DNA of 64,000 nucleotides from Dehalococcoidales bacterium (GCA_028716225.1 JAQUQE010000003.1:108719-172718), one strand, 5' to 3'; counted from the first letter of the stretch, positions 29,165 through 38,968 are shown. Numbers and translations: made by a program. Notes: generated by a model not told the origin, from the sequence alone.

Positions 29165-31321
29165 TTATTCCACCTTGTCCAGCCTGGCAAAGCTGAGCAG
29201 AAGCTTCTTTACCCCGGCTCCGTTGAAAGCGATCGTCACCTCGCTGTCACCATCTACCGACCGCAAGCTTACCACCACTCCGTTGCCGAAGACGTGGTGA
29301 CGGATATGGTCGCCGGCCTTCAGTTCCCCGGCGGGCAGGCTGTTCCCGGAATGTGCTGAAGGGGCATTCCGGCTCTCCGTTCCCATCCACAGCCCGTCTC
29401 CGGAGATCAGGTGCCGCGGTATGTCGTTCAGGAAGCGCGAGGGACTATTAACCGCGCTTTTCCCCATCAGTTTGCGGCGGAAGGCACGGACCAGGTATAC
29501 CCTGTATCCGGCCCTGGTGATGCCGACATAGCACAGCCGTCGTTCTTCCTCCAGTTGAGCCGGGTCGTCGAGCGATTTGAAGTGGGGCAGGATGCCGTCT
29601 TCCATCCCGACGATAAACACCACGGGGAATTCCAGCCCCTTAGCCTGGTGCAGGGTAATCAGGGTCACCGCAGACAGACTCTCGTCGAGACCGTCGATGT
29701 CGGAGACCAGGGCCACCTCTTCCAGAAAGGAGGTCAGGCCTTCCCCGGCCTCAAGATCGCTATACTGCTGGGCTACCGTGCGTAGTTCCAGGATGTTTTC
29801 CCAGCGTTCCTCTCCGTCCGGCTGGGTCAGCAGATACTCATGGTAGCCGGAGCGCTCTATGATCAAATCGAACAGATCGATCAGGCTAAGCTCACGGCTG
29901 CGGGCGATAATCTCCTCTATCGTGTTGAAAAAACCGGCCAGCGCCCGGGTGATATGAGGGGTAAACGGCGGCGTGTCATCCTTGGCCCCGGCAATATTTC
30001 GCAGCGCCTCATATTGAGATATCCCCATAGACTGCGCCAGGCTGGATAACCCGGCCAGCGTCTGCTGGCCGATGCCGCGCCCGGGCACATTGATTACGCG
30101 GAGCAGGCTGATACTGTCATCGGTGTTCTGGATGAGCCTGAGGTAGGCAATAATATCCTTGACCTCGCGCCTCTCGTAGAAGCGGGTACCGGCGACCAGC
30201 TTATAGGGCGTGCCGAAGCGAACAAAGGCTTCTTCGAGAACCCTGGACTGGGCATTGGTCCGGTACATTACGGCGCAGTCTCCCAGCCTGGCCTTCCCCT
30301 GCCTGACCAGGCACTCTATCTCGTTGACGACAAACTGCGCTTCTTCCTGTTCGGTATACGTCTCAACTACCGTGGTCAGCTCGCCTGCCTCGTTGTCCGT
30401 CCACAGTTTGTTGGGTTTACGCTGCTGGTTGGCTGAGATTAGCTGTGAGGCTGTTTCCAGGATATTCTTGGTCGAGCGGTAGTTCTGCTCCAGCAGGATC
30501 ACTTCGGCCTCGGGATAGTCCTTCTCGAAGTTCAGAATATTGCGCAGGTCGGCATACCGCCAGGAGTAAATTGACTGGTCGGGGTCGCCGACAACGCATA
30601 TGTTGCGGTACTTGTCCCCTATCTGCTTTATCAGTTCGTACTGGACCGGATTGGTATCCTGAAACTCGTCGACCTGGATATGCCGGTATCTCTCCTGGTA
30701 TCGGGACAGGACCTCGGGGTCGTTCCGGAACAGCAGTACCGTTTTCATCAGTAGGTCGTCGAAATCAAGGGCATTGCTTTCTCCAAGTGCCTGCTGATAA
30801 CGCTCGTAGACCCGCCCCACCACCTCGTCGAAATAGCTGCCGCCCTTTCTCAGGTAATCGGCCGGGTTAAGCATCTGGCTCTTGGCCGCCCCGATGGCCG
30901 AGGCTATCGCCCGGGGAGCATACTGTTTGGTGTCGAAGCCCACCTCACCGATAGACCGCTTGATCAGGCTGATCTGGTCGTCGTCGTCGTAGATGACAAA
31001 TCTGGGGTCGACACCCGTTGACCGGCCGTCCCGGCGCAGGATACGGACGCAAATGGCGTGGAAAGTGCCTATAGTGAGGTCATTGACCTCACTGCGGGCG
31101 AGCTGGTAGAGCCTGGCTTCCATCTCCCGGGCGGCCTTATTGGTAAAGGTGACCGCCATAATATGGCGGGGGCTCACCCGGCAGACCTTGATGAGATAGG
31201 CGATGCGGTGGGTGATAACCCGGGTCTTTCCGCTGCCGGGACCGGCCAGAATAAGGACCGGGCCGCTGATTGCTTCGACTGCTTTTTTCTGTACGGGGTT
31301 TAGCTCGGCAAGAATATCCAT
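29165..31321 (-). CDS. pcrA: ATP-dependent DNA helicase PcrA/UvrD
   Basis: SF1 helicase motifs (AGPGSGKT, TFTNKAA, QVDEFQDTN, VGDPDQSIYSWR, TLHQAKGLEF, VGITRA). Confidence 0.93.
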   Translation of the reverse strand: MDILAELNPVQKKAVEAISGPVLILAGPGSGKTRVITHRIAYLIKVCRVSPRHIMAVTFTNKAAREMEARLYQLARSEVNDLTIGTFHAICVRILRRDGRSTGVDPRFVIYDDDDQISLIKRSIGEVGFDTKQYAPRAIASAIGAAKSQMLNPADYLRKGGSYFDEVVGRVYERYQQALGESNALDFDDLLMKTVLLFRNDPEVLSRYQERYRHIQVDEFQDTNPVQYELIKQIGDKYRNICVVGDPDQSIYSWRYADLRNILNFEKDYPEAEVILLEQNYRSTKNILETASQLISANQQRKPNKLWTDNEAGELTTVVETYTEQEEAQFVVNEIECLVRQGKARLGDCAVMYRTNAQSRVLEEAFVRFGTPYKLVAGTRFYERREVKDIIAYLRLIQNTDDSISLLRVINVPGRGIGQQTLAGLSSLAQSMGISQYEALRNIAGAKDDTPPFTPHITRALAGFFNTIEEIIARSRELSLIDLFDLIIERSGYHEYLLTQPDGEERWENILELRTVAQQYSDLEAGEGLTSFLEEVALVSDIDGLDESLSAVTLITLHQAKGLEFPVVFIVGMEDGILPHFKSLDDPAQLEEERRLCYVGITRAGYRVYLVRAFRRKLMGKSAVNSPSRFLNDIPRHLISGDGLWMGTESRNAPSAHSGNSLPAGELKAGDHIRHHVFGNGVVVSLRSVDGDSEVTIAFNGAGVKKLLLSFARLDKVE

Positions 31322-31432
31322 CCTGGCTAATTATAGCATTATCGGTGGGGAGTTCCCAATGCGGGGGTCCTGGTGATATCGGTGTTGCTATGTTATATAA
31401 TGAACCCTTGAGTAAGCGCAAAGGAGTAAGTT

Positions 31433-32113
31433 ATGGCATCTCTGGAAGAGGCACTGGATAGAATCAAGAGCATGGCCAGGCCCGATCAACTGGATGGCAT
31501 GGCCAGGTACGGCATGGCGGTGGAGCGGAGATTAGGGGTATCCGTTCCCGAACTGAGGGGTTTGGCCAAAGATCTGGGGCGGGATCACGAGCTTGCCCTG
31601 GAGCTATGGGGAACCGGCATCGCCGAGGCAAGGCTGGTAGCAGGGATGATCGACGACCCCGGCAAGCTGACCGAGGCACAGATGGAGGAATGGGTGATCG
31701 GCATCGACTCCTGGGACGTCTGTGACCAGGTGTGTATGAATCTTTTCGAGAAGGTTCCCCTCGCCTGGAAAAAGATTATCGATTGGTCTGAGCGGGAAGA
31801 GGAGTTCGTCAAGAGGGCTGCCTTCGCATTGATAGCCTGTCTGGCCTGGCATGATAAGAAGGCGGCGGATGAGAGGTTCATCGAGTTGCTTCCGGTGATA
31901 GTTCGGGGAGCTACGGACGAGCGCAACTTCGTTAAGAAGGCGGTTAACTGGGCGCTGAGGAACATAGGGAAAAGGAACTCGAACCTGAACCGGGCTGCCG
32001 TCAAGACGGCCGGGGAGATTCAGCAGATCGACTCCAGGGCGGCCCGCTGGATTGCCGCCGATACCATCAGGGAGCTCGAGAGCGAAGCGGTCCGGAAAAG
32101 ACTGAAAAGCTGA
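31433..32113 (+). CDS. DNA alkylation repair protein (AlkD-like HEAT-repeat family)
   Basis: 226 aa. The pattern LWGTGIAEARLVAGMI...WVIGIDSWDVCDQVC...FVKRAAFALI..NFVKKAVNWALR is typical of the DNA_alkylation family. Confidence 0.75.
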   Translation: MASLEEALDRIKSMARPDQLDGMARYGMAVERRLGVSVPELRGLAKDLGRDHELALELWGTGIAEARLVAGMIDDPGKLTEAQMEEWVIGIDSWDVCDQVCMNLFEKVPLAWKKIIDWSEREEEFVKRAAFALIACLAWHDKKAADERFIELLPVIVRGATDERNFVKKAVNWALRNIGKRNSNLNRAAVKTAGEIQQIDSRAARWIAADTIRELESEAVRKRLKS

Positions 32114-32123
32114 TTCCCCTCGA

Positions 32124-33461
32124 TTACGGCTTGCTGCTCTCCCAGCCTTTGGGCACGATTTCAATGACCAGGTAGAGGTCGTAGAGGCTGTTGTGGTCCA
32201 CCTTGATCTTGTAGTCGCCGTTGTATAGCACGTCGAAGCTAAAGTCATGGCGGGTTTTACTTACCCAGTGTCCCCGGAATGTATCCACCGACCTGCCTTC
32301 CGGGTTCAGGATCTCGAAGTTCCACCGGAAGGTACGGTCCCTGGTCTTGTACTCTCCGGTAAGCTCGACAAAGCCTGACACGATATCGCCCCGGTTCAGT
32401 ACATTGGAGAACGAGATGACGGAGCCCGAGATTGCTCCGGCGGGCATGGTATATTCTATCCTCTGTGCTATCGTATCGAAGTTGGCGGTTACGCTCTTGT
32501 CCGAGTCCATGGTGAGGTTAACCTCGGGATTGGTCCCAGAGACGTCGCCCGACCATCCGAGGAATTCATAGCCCGGGGATGGTGTTGCGACTAGGTCTAC
32601 CGGACTGCCGGGCGGGTAGACGCCGCCGCCGGTGCTTACCGTGCCGCCTTCAGTCGGACTGGCCGACACTTCCAGCGTGTAGCGGACGATGCTGAAGTTG
32701 GCGATTACGCTCCTGTCCGAGTCCATGGTAACGGTAACCCCGGGGCTGGTCCCGTAGACGTCGCCGGACCACCCGCGGAATTCATAGCCCGGGGAGGCTG
32801 TCGCGACCAGGTCTATCGTACTGCCCGGCTGATAGCTGCCGCTTTCGGTACTTATCGTGCCGCCCTCGGGCGGGTTGACCGAGGTCGATAAGGTGTACCT
32901 GATGGTATCGAAATTGGCGGTGATATCCTTATCGCCGTCCACGGTAATGGTGACTGTCGGGCTGGTCCCGGAGGCATCTCCGGACCATGAACCGAACTGA
33001 TAGCCTTCTGATGGTGTGGCTGTCAGTGTTACCGGGCTGCCGTCACGGTAGTTGCCTTGAAGCGGGCTGATGACGCCGCCGACGCTGGCGCTGACACTGC
33101 CGCCGTCAGCGGGGTTTGTTGCGATGCTGAGGCCGTGCATCGGCGGGGGCGGTTGATAGTAATGAATACCGAGCCATACCCCCAGCACGGTTCCGGCCAC
33201 GGCCGCGATGATGCCGATTCTCTGCCTCGGTGAAAACCGGTCCCCCCACACTATCCGGGGGATTCCCGGTCTTGCTCTTTCTTTGACGACCTCGGTGACT
33301 CGCTTCCACCATCCTGTCCACCTCTCCGTCCTGGTAACGTGCTTGACCCGTGTTAACCTGCTGCCCTGTTCTGACTTGCCGGTTTGCGTTGATTGGCTGG
33401 CCTGCGCTGATTTAGCGGGGGGGTTTCTCTTTCTGAATATCTTCTTGAAGAAATCGAGCAT
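32124..33461 (-). CDS. type II membrane protein with three InlB-B-repeat-like (Listeria-Bacteroides repeat) modules and an unassigned C-terminal beta domain
   Basis: Basic N-terminus and one TM helix (IGIIAAVAGTVLGVWLGI). Three modules follow with the pattern ..GG.VS....Y..GS.V.L.A.P..GY.F.GWSGD..GT.P...V.MD.D..V.ANF. A C-terminal domain of about 115 aa matches no motif I recognise. Confidence 0.7.
   Translation of the reverse strand: MLDFFKKIFRKRNPPAKSAQASQSTQTGKSEQGSRLTRVKHVTRTERWTGWWKRVTEVVKERARPGIPRIVWGDRFSPRQRIGIIAAVAGTVLGVWLGIHYYQPPPPMHGLSIATNPADGGSVSASVGGVISPLQGNYRDGSPVTLTATPSEGYQFGSWSGDASGTSPTVTITVDGDKDITANFDTIRYTLSTSVNPPEGGTISTESGSYQPGSTIDLVATASPGYEFRGWSGDVYGTSPGVTVTMDSDRSVIANFSIVRYTLEVSASPTEGGTVSTGGGVYPPGSPVDLVATPSPGYEFLGWSGDVSGTNPEVNLTMDSDKSVTANFDTIAQRIEYTMPAGAISGSVISFSNVLNRGDIVSGFVELTGEYKTRDRTFRWNFEILNPEGRSVDTFRGHWVSKTRHDFSFDVLYNGDYKIKVDHNSLYDLYLVIEIVPKGWESSKP
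32478..33137 (-). repeat. three tandem coding repeats of about 70-77 codons
   Basis: Protein residues about 109-185, 188-256 and 259-328 of the ORF are mutually similar (for example PGYEFRGWSGDVYGTSPGVTVTMDSDRSVIANF versus PGYEFLGWSGDVSGTNPEVNLTMDSDKSVTANF). Confidence 0.8.
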
Positions 33462-33514
33462 GTCGGCATTCGCCTCCGGTCGATTGTTCTTGAGATGACG
33501 GTGATGGATATATT

Positions 33515-33745
33515 TTACTTAGACTGCTTCCCCTTTTCCCGCGGTGCTTTTTTCGTTTTCGCTGCCTGCTCCAGGCTCTTCAGCTTCAGCGAGTCGATGA
33601 TCAGTGATTCCACGGAATCTTCTACCTGTGACAACAGCGACTTGAGCTCTTCGACCACCTCCGGGTCGCTCTGCCTCAGCTTCACCAGCTTAAGCCTGAT
33701 GCCGACAAACAGCTCGTCCATCTGTTCACCCGGAGCTTTTTTCAT
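33515..33745 (-). CDS. 76-aa charged helical protein, unknown function
   Basis: Complete ORF with predicted coiled-coil character and a Lys-rich tail (AAKTKKAPREKGKQSK). An extended -10 (TGA-TAGAAT) ends 7 nt before the ATG and there is no SD, so it is probably leaderless. Confidence 0.45.
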   Translation of the reverse strand: MKKAPGEQMDELFVGIRLKLVKLRQSDPEVVEELKSLLSQVEDSVESLIIDSLKLKSLEQAAKTKKAPREKGKQSK

Positions 33746-33874
33746 AATTACTATTCTATCACAGAAACGGCAAGAGCGTATGCATCAAGGTTGCACCGGC
33801 GGCAGTCTTGTTGCTACAATTGGATAGCCGGGCAGGCGATAAGAAGGCTGAAAAGAGGGGGTAATTGCCGTAGT

Positions 33875-34507
33875 ATGGATATTAACTGGCTGGGACATTC
33901 CTGTTTCATGATTAAGGGTAAACAGACCACGGTTATTACCGATCCCTATTCGCCGGATCTGGGCTACACGCTGGGTAAACAAAGTGCCCGTGTTGTCACG
34001 GTCAGTCACCGGCACCCGGGGCATTGCTTTGTTCAGGGCATTGGCGGCGAGCCCAAGCAGGTTACCGGACCGGGCGAGTATGAGATAGGCGGTGTTCTGA
34101 TTGTGGGGATTCCCTCCTATCATGATGAGGAGAAGGGCGGTATCAGGGGGAAGAACACTATCTACCTAATGCATGTAGATGATATGTCGGTGTGTCACCT
34201 TGGCGACCTGGGGCATGCACTCAGCGATGAACAGGCGGAGGAGATGGGTGATGTCGATGTGCTGCTGGTTCCGGTGGGTGGGGTGTCCACTATTGATGGC
34301 TCGGTGGCTGCCGGGTTGGTCCGTCAGCTTACCCCGAAGGTAGTGATTCCCATGCACTACCAGACCGAAGCGCTCAACCGGGAGCTTGAGCCGGTGGCGC
34401 GGTTCCTCAAGGAGATGGGAGTGGAGGAGGTTACCTCCGTGCCCAAGCTGTCTGTTACCAGGTCGAATATGCCTGCCCTTACACAGGTCTGCCTGCTCGA
34501 TTATTGA
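33875..34507 (+). CDS. MBL-fold metal-dependent hydrolase (UPF0173-like)
   Basis: MDINWLGHSCFMIKG...VITDPY...VTVSHRHPGH...HLGDLGH. The ORF opens at 33791, but ATG 33875 gives the canonical N-terminus. Confidence 0.8.
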   Translation: MDINWLGHSCFMIKGKQTTVITDPYSPDLGYTLGKQSARVVTVSHRHPGHCFVQGIGGEPKQVTGPGEYEIGGVLIVGIPSYHDEEKGGIRGKNTIYLMHVDDMSVCHLGDLGHALSDEQAEEMGDVDVLLVPVGGVSTIDGSVAAGLVRQLTPKVVIPMHYQTEALNRELEPVARFLKEMGVEEVTSVPKLSVTRSNMPALTQVCLLDY

Positions 34508-34666
34508 GGTAGACCCTTCCCTTCAATACCCTGGCCGTAACCTTTTCCCATCGCCGGCGTTATAGTATTGTTATTTGCGACGAAGGGTATTGCAAAATAG
34601 CGGCGTTGTGATATAGTAGAGGCCAATCGTTCATTTCTGTTCCCGCAAGGGAAGGGGGGTTATGCT

Positions 34667-35545
34667 GTGAAAAATTCGGTCCTGGTTATGATGGTGATAT
34701 TACCGTTTACCCTGCTCCTTACCGGCCTTAACGGTTGTGCCGGTGGTGGTTATGATGGAGGAATCCCGTCTACGGAGCCGATGCCGGCTCCGGCACCGAT
34801 GGAGCCGGACGTAGACAAATCATGGGAAAGTAGTGAAGAGTATTACCCGGGAGATGACGTCACGATACCGTCCGAACGGATGATAGTCCGCAACGGAAGC
34901 ATCTCGCTGGTGGTGGAGGATGTGACCGAGGCCCGTGATGAGATAGAGCAACTGGCGGCGGCGCTTGGCGGCTGGGTGGTGGACTCCAACATCTACGGTG
35001 AGGCAGAGGAGATGCGGGGGTGGATTTCTATTCGTGTCGACAGCGACAAGTTCGACCAGGCGCTGGCCGAGCTCAGAGCGCTGGCGGTAAGGGTAAGCTC
35101 GGAAAGCACCAGCACCAAGGATATCACCGAGGAATATGTCGACCTTCAGTCTCGTTTGAAGAACGCCGAGGCGACCGAGGCCCAGTATCTGGCCCTCCTG
35201 CAGCAGGCCGAGGAAGTGGATGATATCCTCAGTATCTACGATGCCCTGTCGCGGATACGTTATGAGATAGAGCAGATTAAGGGACGGATACAGTATCTGG
35301 AGCAGACTTCGGCAATGAGCCTGATTTCGATAGACCTGACCCCGGCGGTCAGTCTGGGTCCGCTGGTTTCCCCCGGCTGGAGTGCCAGCGAGTCGCTCAA
35401 CTCCGCCATCCGCGGCCTGACCACCTTCGGGCAGGGGTTGGGAACGGCCTTTATCTGGATTGGCATCTTGAGCCCGATTTGGGGCACCATACTCGGGATT
35501 ACCTACTGGCGCCGCCGCAGGAAGAGGAATCAGCAGGCGTCCTGA
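34667..35545 (+). CDS. DUF4349-family lipoprotein with a C-terminal TM segment
   Basis: Lipobox LLLTGLNG-C and a GTG start. The central segment (RMIVRNGSISLVVEDV..A.DEI...A...GG.V..S....RVDSDKFDQAL..L..L) and the coiled coil are typical of DUF4349. Confidence 0.7.
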   Translation: MKNSVLVMMVILPFTLLLTGLNGCAGGGYDGGIPSTEPMPAPAPMEPDVDKSWESSEEYYPGDDVTIPSERMIVRNGSISLVVEDVTEARDEIEQLAAALGGWVVDSNIYGEAEEMRGWISIRVDSDKFDQALAELRALAVRVSSESTSTKDITEEYVDLQSRLKNAEATEAQYLALLQQAEEVDDILSIYDALSRIRYEIEQIKGRIQYLEQTSAMSLISIDLTPAVSLGPLVSPGWSASESLNSAIRGLTTFGQGLGTAFIWIGILSPIWGTILGITYWRRRRKRNQQAS

Positions 35546-35805
35546 AGACGCTCGAGTACTTGCTGATGGCTCAGACCGGAGACCGCTACCGTCTTGTTAC
35601 GGTTGGTCTGCCCCCGGGTGATGGCGAGGTCTCTTTCGCTGATGCCCAGCAGCCGGCTGAGAAAAGCGAGCAACTCCCGGTTGGCCTTGCCTTTGACCGG
35701 TGGCGCAGCTATCCTTACCCGCAGCACCCCTTCGACAAAGCCGAGAACCTCGTTTCTCGGGGCGCCGGGGTAGACCCGCAGTGAGATTTTAGCTTCGTTT
35801 TCCAA
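35530..35805 (-). CDS. DUF167 (YggU) family protein
   Basis: ISLRVYPGAPRNEV...LRVRIAAPPVKGKANRELLAFLSRLLGI matches the YggU family. TTG start with no clear SD. Confidence 0.75.
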   Translation of the reverse strand: MENEAKISLRVYPGAPRNEVLGFVEGVLRVRIAAPPVKGKANRELLAFLSRLLGISERDLAITRGQTNRNKTVAVSGLSHQQVLERLQDAC

Positions 35806-35832
35806 TATTAACAGAGTGGAGGCGGTAGACTG

Positions 35833-36024
35833 CTATTCCTCCCCCCCGCCCCTTCTCGCCGTGCTGAAGGCGATGGAAGCCAGGAAAAGGACTCCACTCA
35901 TGATAAGCCAGAACATCCAGGTGAACTCGGGAAGTAGCAGGGGGATGATTCCCCCGGCGGTGAGACCACCTATGGTGGCGCATACCGCAGCCAGACTACC
36001 GAAAACAACAGCCGCTGTTCCCAT
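35833..36024 (-). CDS. 63-aa two-TM membrane protein
   Basis: An AGGAGG SD lies 8 nt before ATG 36024. The sequence MGTAAVVFGSLAAVCATIGGLTAGGIIPLLLPEFTWMFWLIMSGVLFLASIAF is hydrophobic. Confidence 0.5.
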   Translation of the reverse strand: MGTAAVVFGSLAAVCATIGGLTAGGIIPLLLPEFTWMFWLIMSGVLFLASIAFSTARRGGGEE

Positions 36025-36198
36025 TAAGGCATCCTCCTTCTTGTTTGCCGCGTAAGTGCTCGGGAGAGCTCCTCGGCACAATTATTTGGCTTTATCTTAG
36101 TCCGCTGGTGCTATATACTGGATACTAAATCTGGATAATAACACGAAATCGGCAAATAGTCCATAGTTTAAACTACTACATTTGGGGGAGGGGCTGAT

Positions 36199-36696
36199 TT
36201 GGATCGGATTTTAGCCGGACTGGCGAAAGAAGCGGGTGACCTCCTTCGCCGCGGAGGGCTGACCCTGGGGGTGGTGGAGTCGGCCAGCGGCGGGCTGCTC
36301 TCGCACCTGATAACCGGCGTCCCCGGATGCTCGGACTACTATAAGGGGTCGATTATCTCTTATAGCAATGAGGTCAAGACCGGGCTGGTCGGGGTGAAGG
36401 GGAATACCATCGCCGGATACGGTGTCGTCAGCGAGCAGGTGGCCCGGGAGATGGCACAGGGTGGCCGGGAGGTACTCTCCGTTGATATCTGTCTGGCTGA
36501 TACCGGCATCGCCGGTCCCGGCGGTGCTGTACCGGGGAAGCCGGTGGGGCTGTTCTACATCGGGCTGGCGGATGAGTCGGGGGTGTACAGCCGGAAACAC
36601 AACTTCTCCGGCGACCGGGAGCAGAACAAGCTGGAGGCTGCCCGGGCGGCCCTGCAGTGGCTGAAGGAGTACCTGCTGGACCGGAAGGGCCTGTAG
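36199..36696 (+). CDS. pncC: CinA C-terminal domain protein / nicotinamide-nucleotide amidohydrolase
   Basis: LGVVESASGGLLSHLIT..PG.S.YYKGSIISYSNEVK is the CinA/PncC signature. TTG start with a GGGGGAGGGG SD. Confidence 0.85.
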   Translation: MDRILAGLAKEAGDLLRRGGLTLGVVESASGGLLSHLITGVPGCSDYYKGSIISYSNEVKTGLVGVKGNTIAGYGVVSEQVAREMAQGGREVLSVDICLADTGIAGPGGAVPGKPVGLFYIGLADESGVYSRKHNFSGDREQNKLEAARAALQWLKEYLLDRKGL

Positions 36697-36801
36697 TGCA
36701 GAGCCGGTTCAATTCAGAGTGGTTTTGACGAGGCGAATTGTGGGGTAGGCCGGGGGGTGTTATACTCTAAAATATCTCGGAATTAGGAAGGAAGGTTTAG
36801 A

Positions 36802-37524
36802 TTGAAAAGAGCTGACGGGCGAGCCTGTGACGAAATGCGGCCGATCAAGATACTGCCCGGATATCAGGAGTTTGCCGATGGCTCGGCGCTGATAGAGCTG
36901 GGCAAGACCCGGGTGCTGTGTGCGGTGAGTGTCGATGATAAGGTGCCGCCTTTCCTGAGGGGTGGTGGCAGCGGCTGGGTTACTGCGGAATATGCCATGC
37001 TGCCCCGCGCCACCTCTACCCGTACCCGGCGGGACTCTTCGCTGGGCGGAGTAACGGGCAGAAACCAGGAGATACAGCGCCTGATCGGGCGTTCGCTGCG
37101 GGCCGTGACCGACCTCAGTGCGCTGGGGGAGCGGACTCTGATCGTGGACTGTGACGTGCTTCAGGCTGACGGCGGCACCAGAACGGCTGCCATTACCGGT
37201 GCCTATGTGGCCATGCATCAGGCGGCGCGGAGACTGGCCGATATGGGGATAATATCATCCATCCCCTTTCGGACCGCGATAGCCGCTACCAGCGTCGGCA
37301 TCATTCACAGCAATATGATGCTCGACCTGTGCTACGACGAAGACTCCAGTGCGGCGGTGGACTTTAATGTGGTCATGACGGGTAAGGGTGAGTTTGTTGA
37401 GATTCAGGGGACGGCGGAAGGCAAGCCCTTTCCCAGGGAGGCTGTCGACTCCCTGATCACTCTGGCGGAAAAGGGCATCCGGCAGTTGCTTCAGGTCCAG
37501 GAGGAGGCGCTTAAGCTGGTCTAG
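36802..37524 (+). CDS. rph: ribonuclease PH
   Basis: R.DGR...E.RPI, GSALIE.G.T.VLC, TAEYAMLPRAT and DCDVLQADGGTRTAAITGA motifs. TTG start with a GGAAGGAAGG SD. Confidence 0.93.
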   Translation: MKRADGRACDEMRPIKILPGYQEFADGSALIELGKTRVLCAVSVDDKVPPFLRGGGSGWVTAEYAMLPRATSTRTRRDSSLGGVTGRNQEIQRLIGRSLRAVTDLSALGERTLIVDCDVLQADGGTRTAAITGAYVAMHQAARRLADMGIISSIPFRTAIAATSVGIIHSNMMLDLCYDEDSSAAVDFNVVMTGKGEFVEIQGTAEGKPFPREAVDSLITLAEKGIRQLLQVQEEALKLV

Positions 37525-37632
37525 CGGGCCGTCTGCCCCCCTTGTTGACCCGGCTTGAACCGGTTTGTTGCGGTGTAGTATAGTGTGATAGTATTATTAT
37601 CATTATTGTCTACATAAGGAAAGTATTGACCT

Positions 37633-38262
37633 ATGATGAAAGCAAAGCGCGCTAAAATGGTATGGATTATTGCAGCCCTGTCTGTCTTCGGCATAGCCTG
37701 TTGCTACGGCTGTGCTGCCGAGAACAATGACCCGGTAGTAAGCGGCCTTTATGCTGATTCCAACATGCTTTCTCTGGGACATAGCTCGACGATAGCTGCG
37801 GTTGCCTCCGACCCGGATGGTGATGAGCTGCAGTATCAATGGTTCGTCTCCGATGGGGATATCCCCGGTGAGGGTTCCGAGATTACCTGGACCGCCCCGC
37901 TTATCCCCGGCGCTTATACTGTTACCGTTGTCGTGACGGACGGCAGGGGTGGCCAGTCGGCCATGACGATTACTCTGGGTGTCGCGCCCGGTAGAGATCC
38001 CGTCATTGTCAGCTTTGAGGCTGCCGACACCGGTTGTAAGAAAAGCACCCCGGTGGCAATAGACTGCCTTGCCTACGACCCGGACGGTGATGATCTGACC
38101 TACCGGTGGTCGGCAACCGGCGGTGAGATAACGGGAGAAGGCCCGTTTGTGTCTTGGGTTGCGCCCGAGGAGCTGGGTACCTATACCATCACCGTTTATG
38201 TCAGTGACGGTATAGGTGGCGAGGTGGAAGAGTCGCTGGAGATCGAAGTCAAGGGTGGCTGA
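37633..38262 (+). CDS. secreted protein or lipoprotein with two PKD/Ig-like modules
   Basis: Signal peptide. Two similar modules of about 85 aa (..ASDPDGDELQYQW....TWTAP..PGAYTVTVVVTDGRGG and ..AYDPDGDDLTYRW....SWVAPEELGTYTITVYVSDGIGG). Confidence 0.7.
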   Translation: MMKAKRAKMVWIIAALSVFGIACCYGCAAENNDPVVSGLYADSNMLSLGHSSTIAAVASDPDGDELQYQWFVSDGDIPGEGSEITWTAPLIPGAYTVTVVVTDGRGGQSAMTITLGVAPGRDPVIVSFEAADTGCKKSTPVAIDCLAYDPDGDDLTYRWSATGGEITGEGPFVSWVAPEELGTYTITVYVSDGIGGEVEESLEIEVKGG

Positions 38263-38337
38263 GGGTAGAGCCGCCGGCCCGTGGGGCCGGCAGACGTTGA
38301 GGATATCGAGCGGTTCTTAAGCCCCGGTCGCATCCCC

Positions 38338-38718
38338 CTATTTTGCGGCTTGATCGAACTCCTTCTTGCCGATGGACACGAATATGATGGCCAGAACGCC
38401 CAGCGGAATGCTGCAGATGGCGGCCAGAATGGCACCGGCGAGGGCAAAGTTCCACAGCCTTCTCTTGAGCGCATAGATGCCCCCGGCGACGGCAACCGCC
38501 CCCAGGCCGATCATACCGGCCCCCATCATTCCGATTAATCCGCTGAAGCCGTAGAGGAGCCCGCCTACTATGTCCAGCCCTGAGAAAGCCTCCGCCAAGG
38601 CACCGCCCAGCCCCAGAGGGATGGCAAGAAGCACTATCAGCGAACCGGCGCAGATGCCGAGACCGCCGGCAATAATGGTCAGCACACCTGCCGTGGTCGG
38701 TTTCCAGGTTCTTTCCAT
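38338..38718 (-). CDS. Gly-rich polytopic membrane protein, unknown function
   Basis: An AGGAGG SD lies 8 nt before ATG 38718. Four hydrophobic segments. A TTGACA-17-TATGCT promoter lies upstream. Preferred over the overlapping alternative-frame ORF 38249-38914. Confidence 0.6.
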   Translation of the reverse strand: MERTWKPTTAGVLTIIAGGLGICAGSLIVLLAIPLGLGGALAEAFSGLDIVGGLLYGFSGLIGMMGAGMIGLGAVAVAGGIYALKRRLWNFALAGAILAAICSIPLGVLAIIFVSIGKKEFDQAAK

Positions 38719-38968
38719 GGCCGTAGCCTCCTGATTTTTGTTTGCTTTCCTGATGAATTAGCATATCCGCAGCCGGTTCTATTGTCAATACCCGGCGGGT
38801 AATTGACGGCCGGGTGTCTGAGGCGCTGTGCTCTAATATGGCGTTTTGAATGTATGCATTCCGTGGTTTTTTGTTGCTGATGGGTAGGGCTAACCAAACC
38901 CGGGGAATGTTCAATTAAGATATTCCGGTAGGGAACCACACCTCAAGCCAGTGTGTATTGTTTACCGC

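Noticed and set aside
38249-38914. A 221-aa ORF overlapping the 126-aa membrane protein gene in another frame
   Set aside because: Its composition is Arg/Gly/Pro-rich and it has no SD. The 38338-38718 frame has an AGGAGG SD at ideal spacing, a TTGACA-17-TATGCT promoter and clean TM helices.
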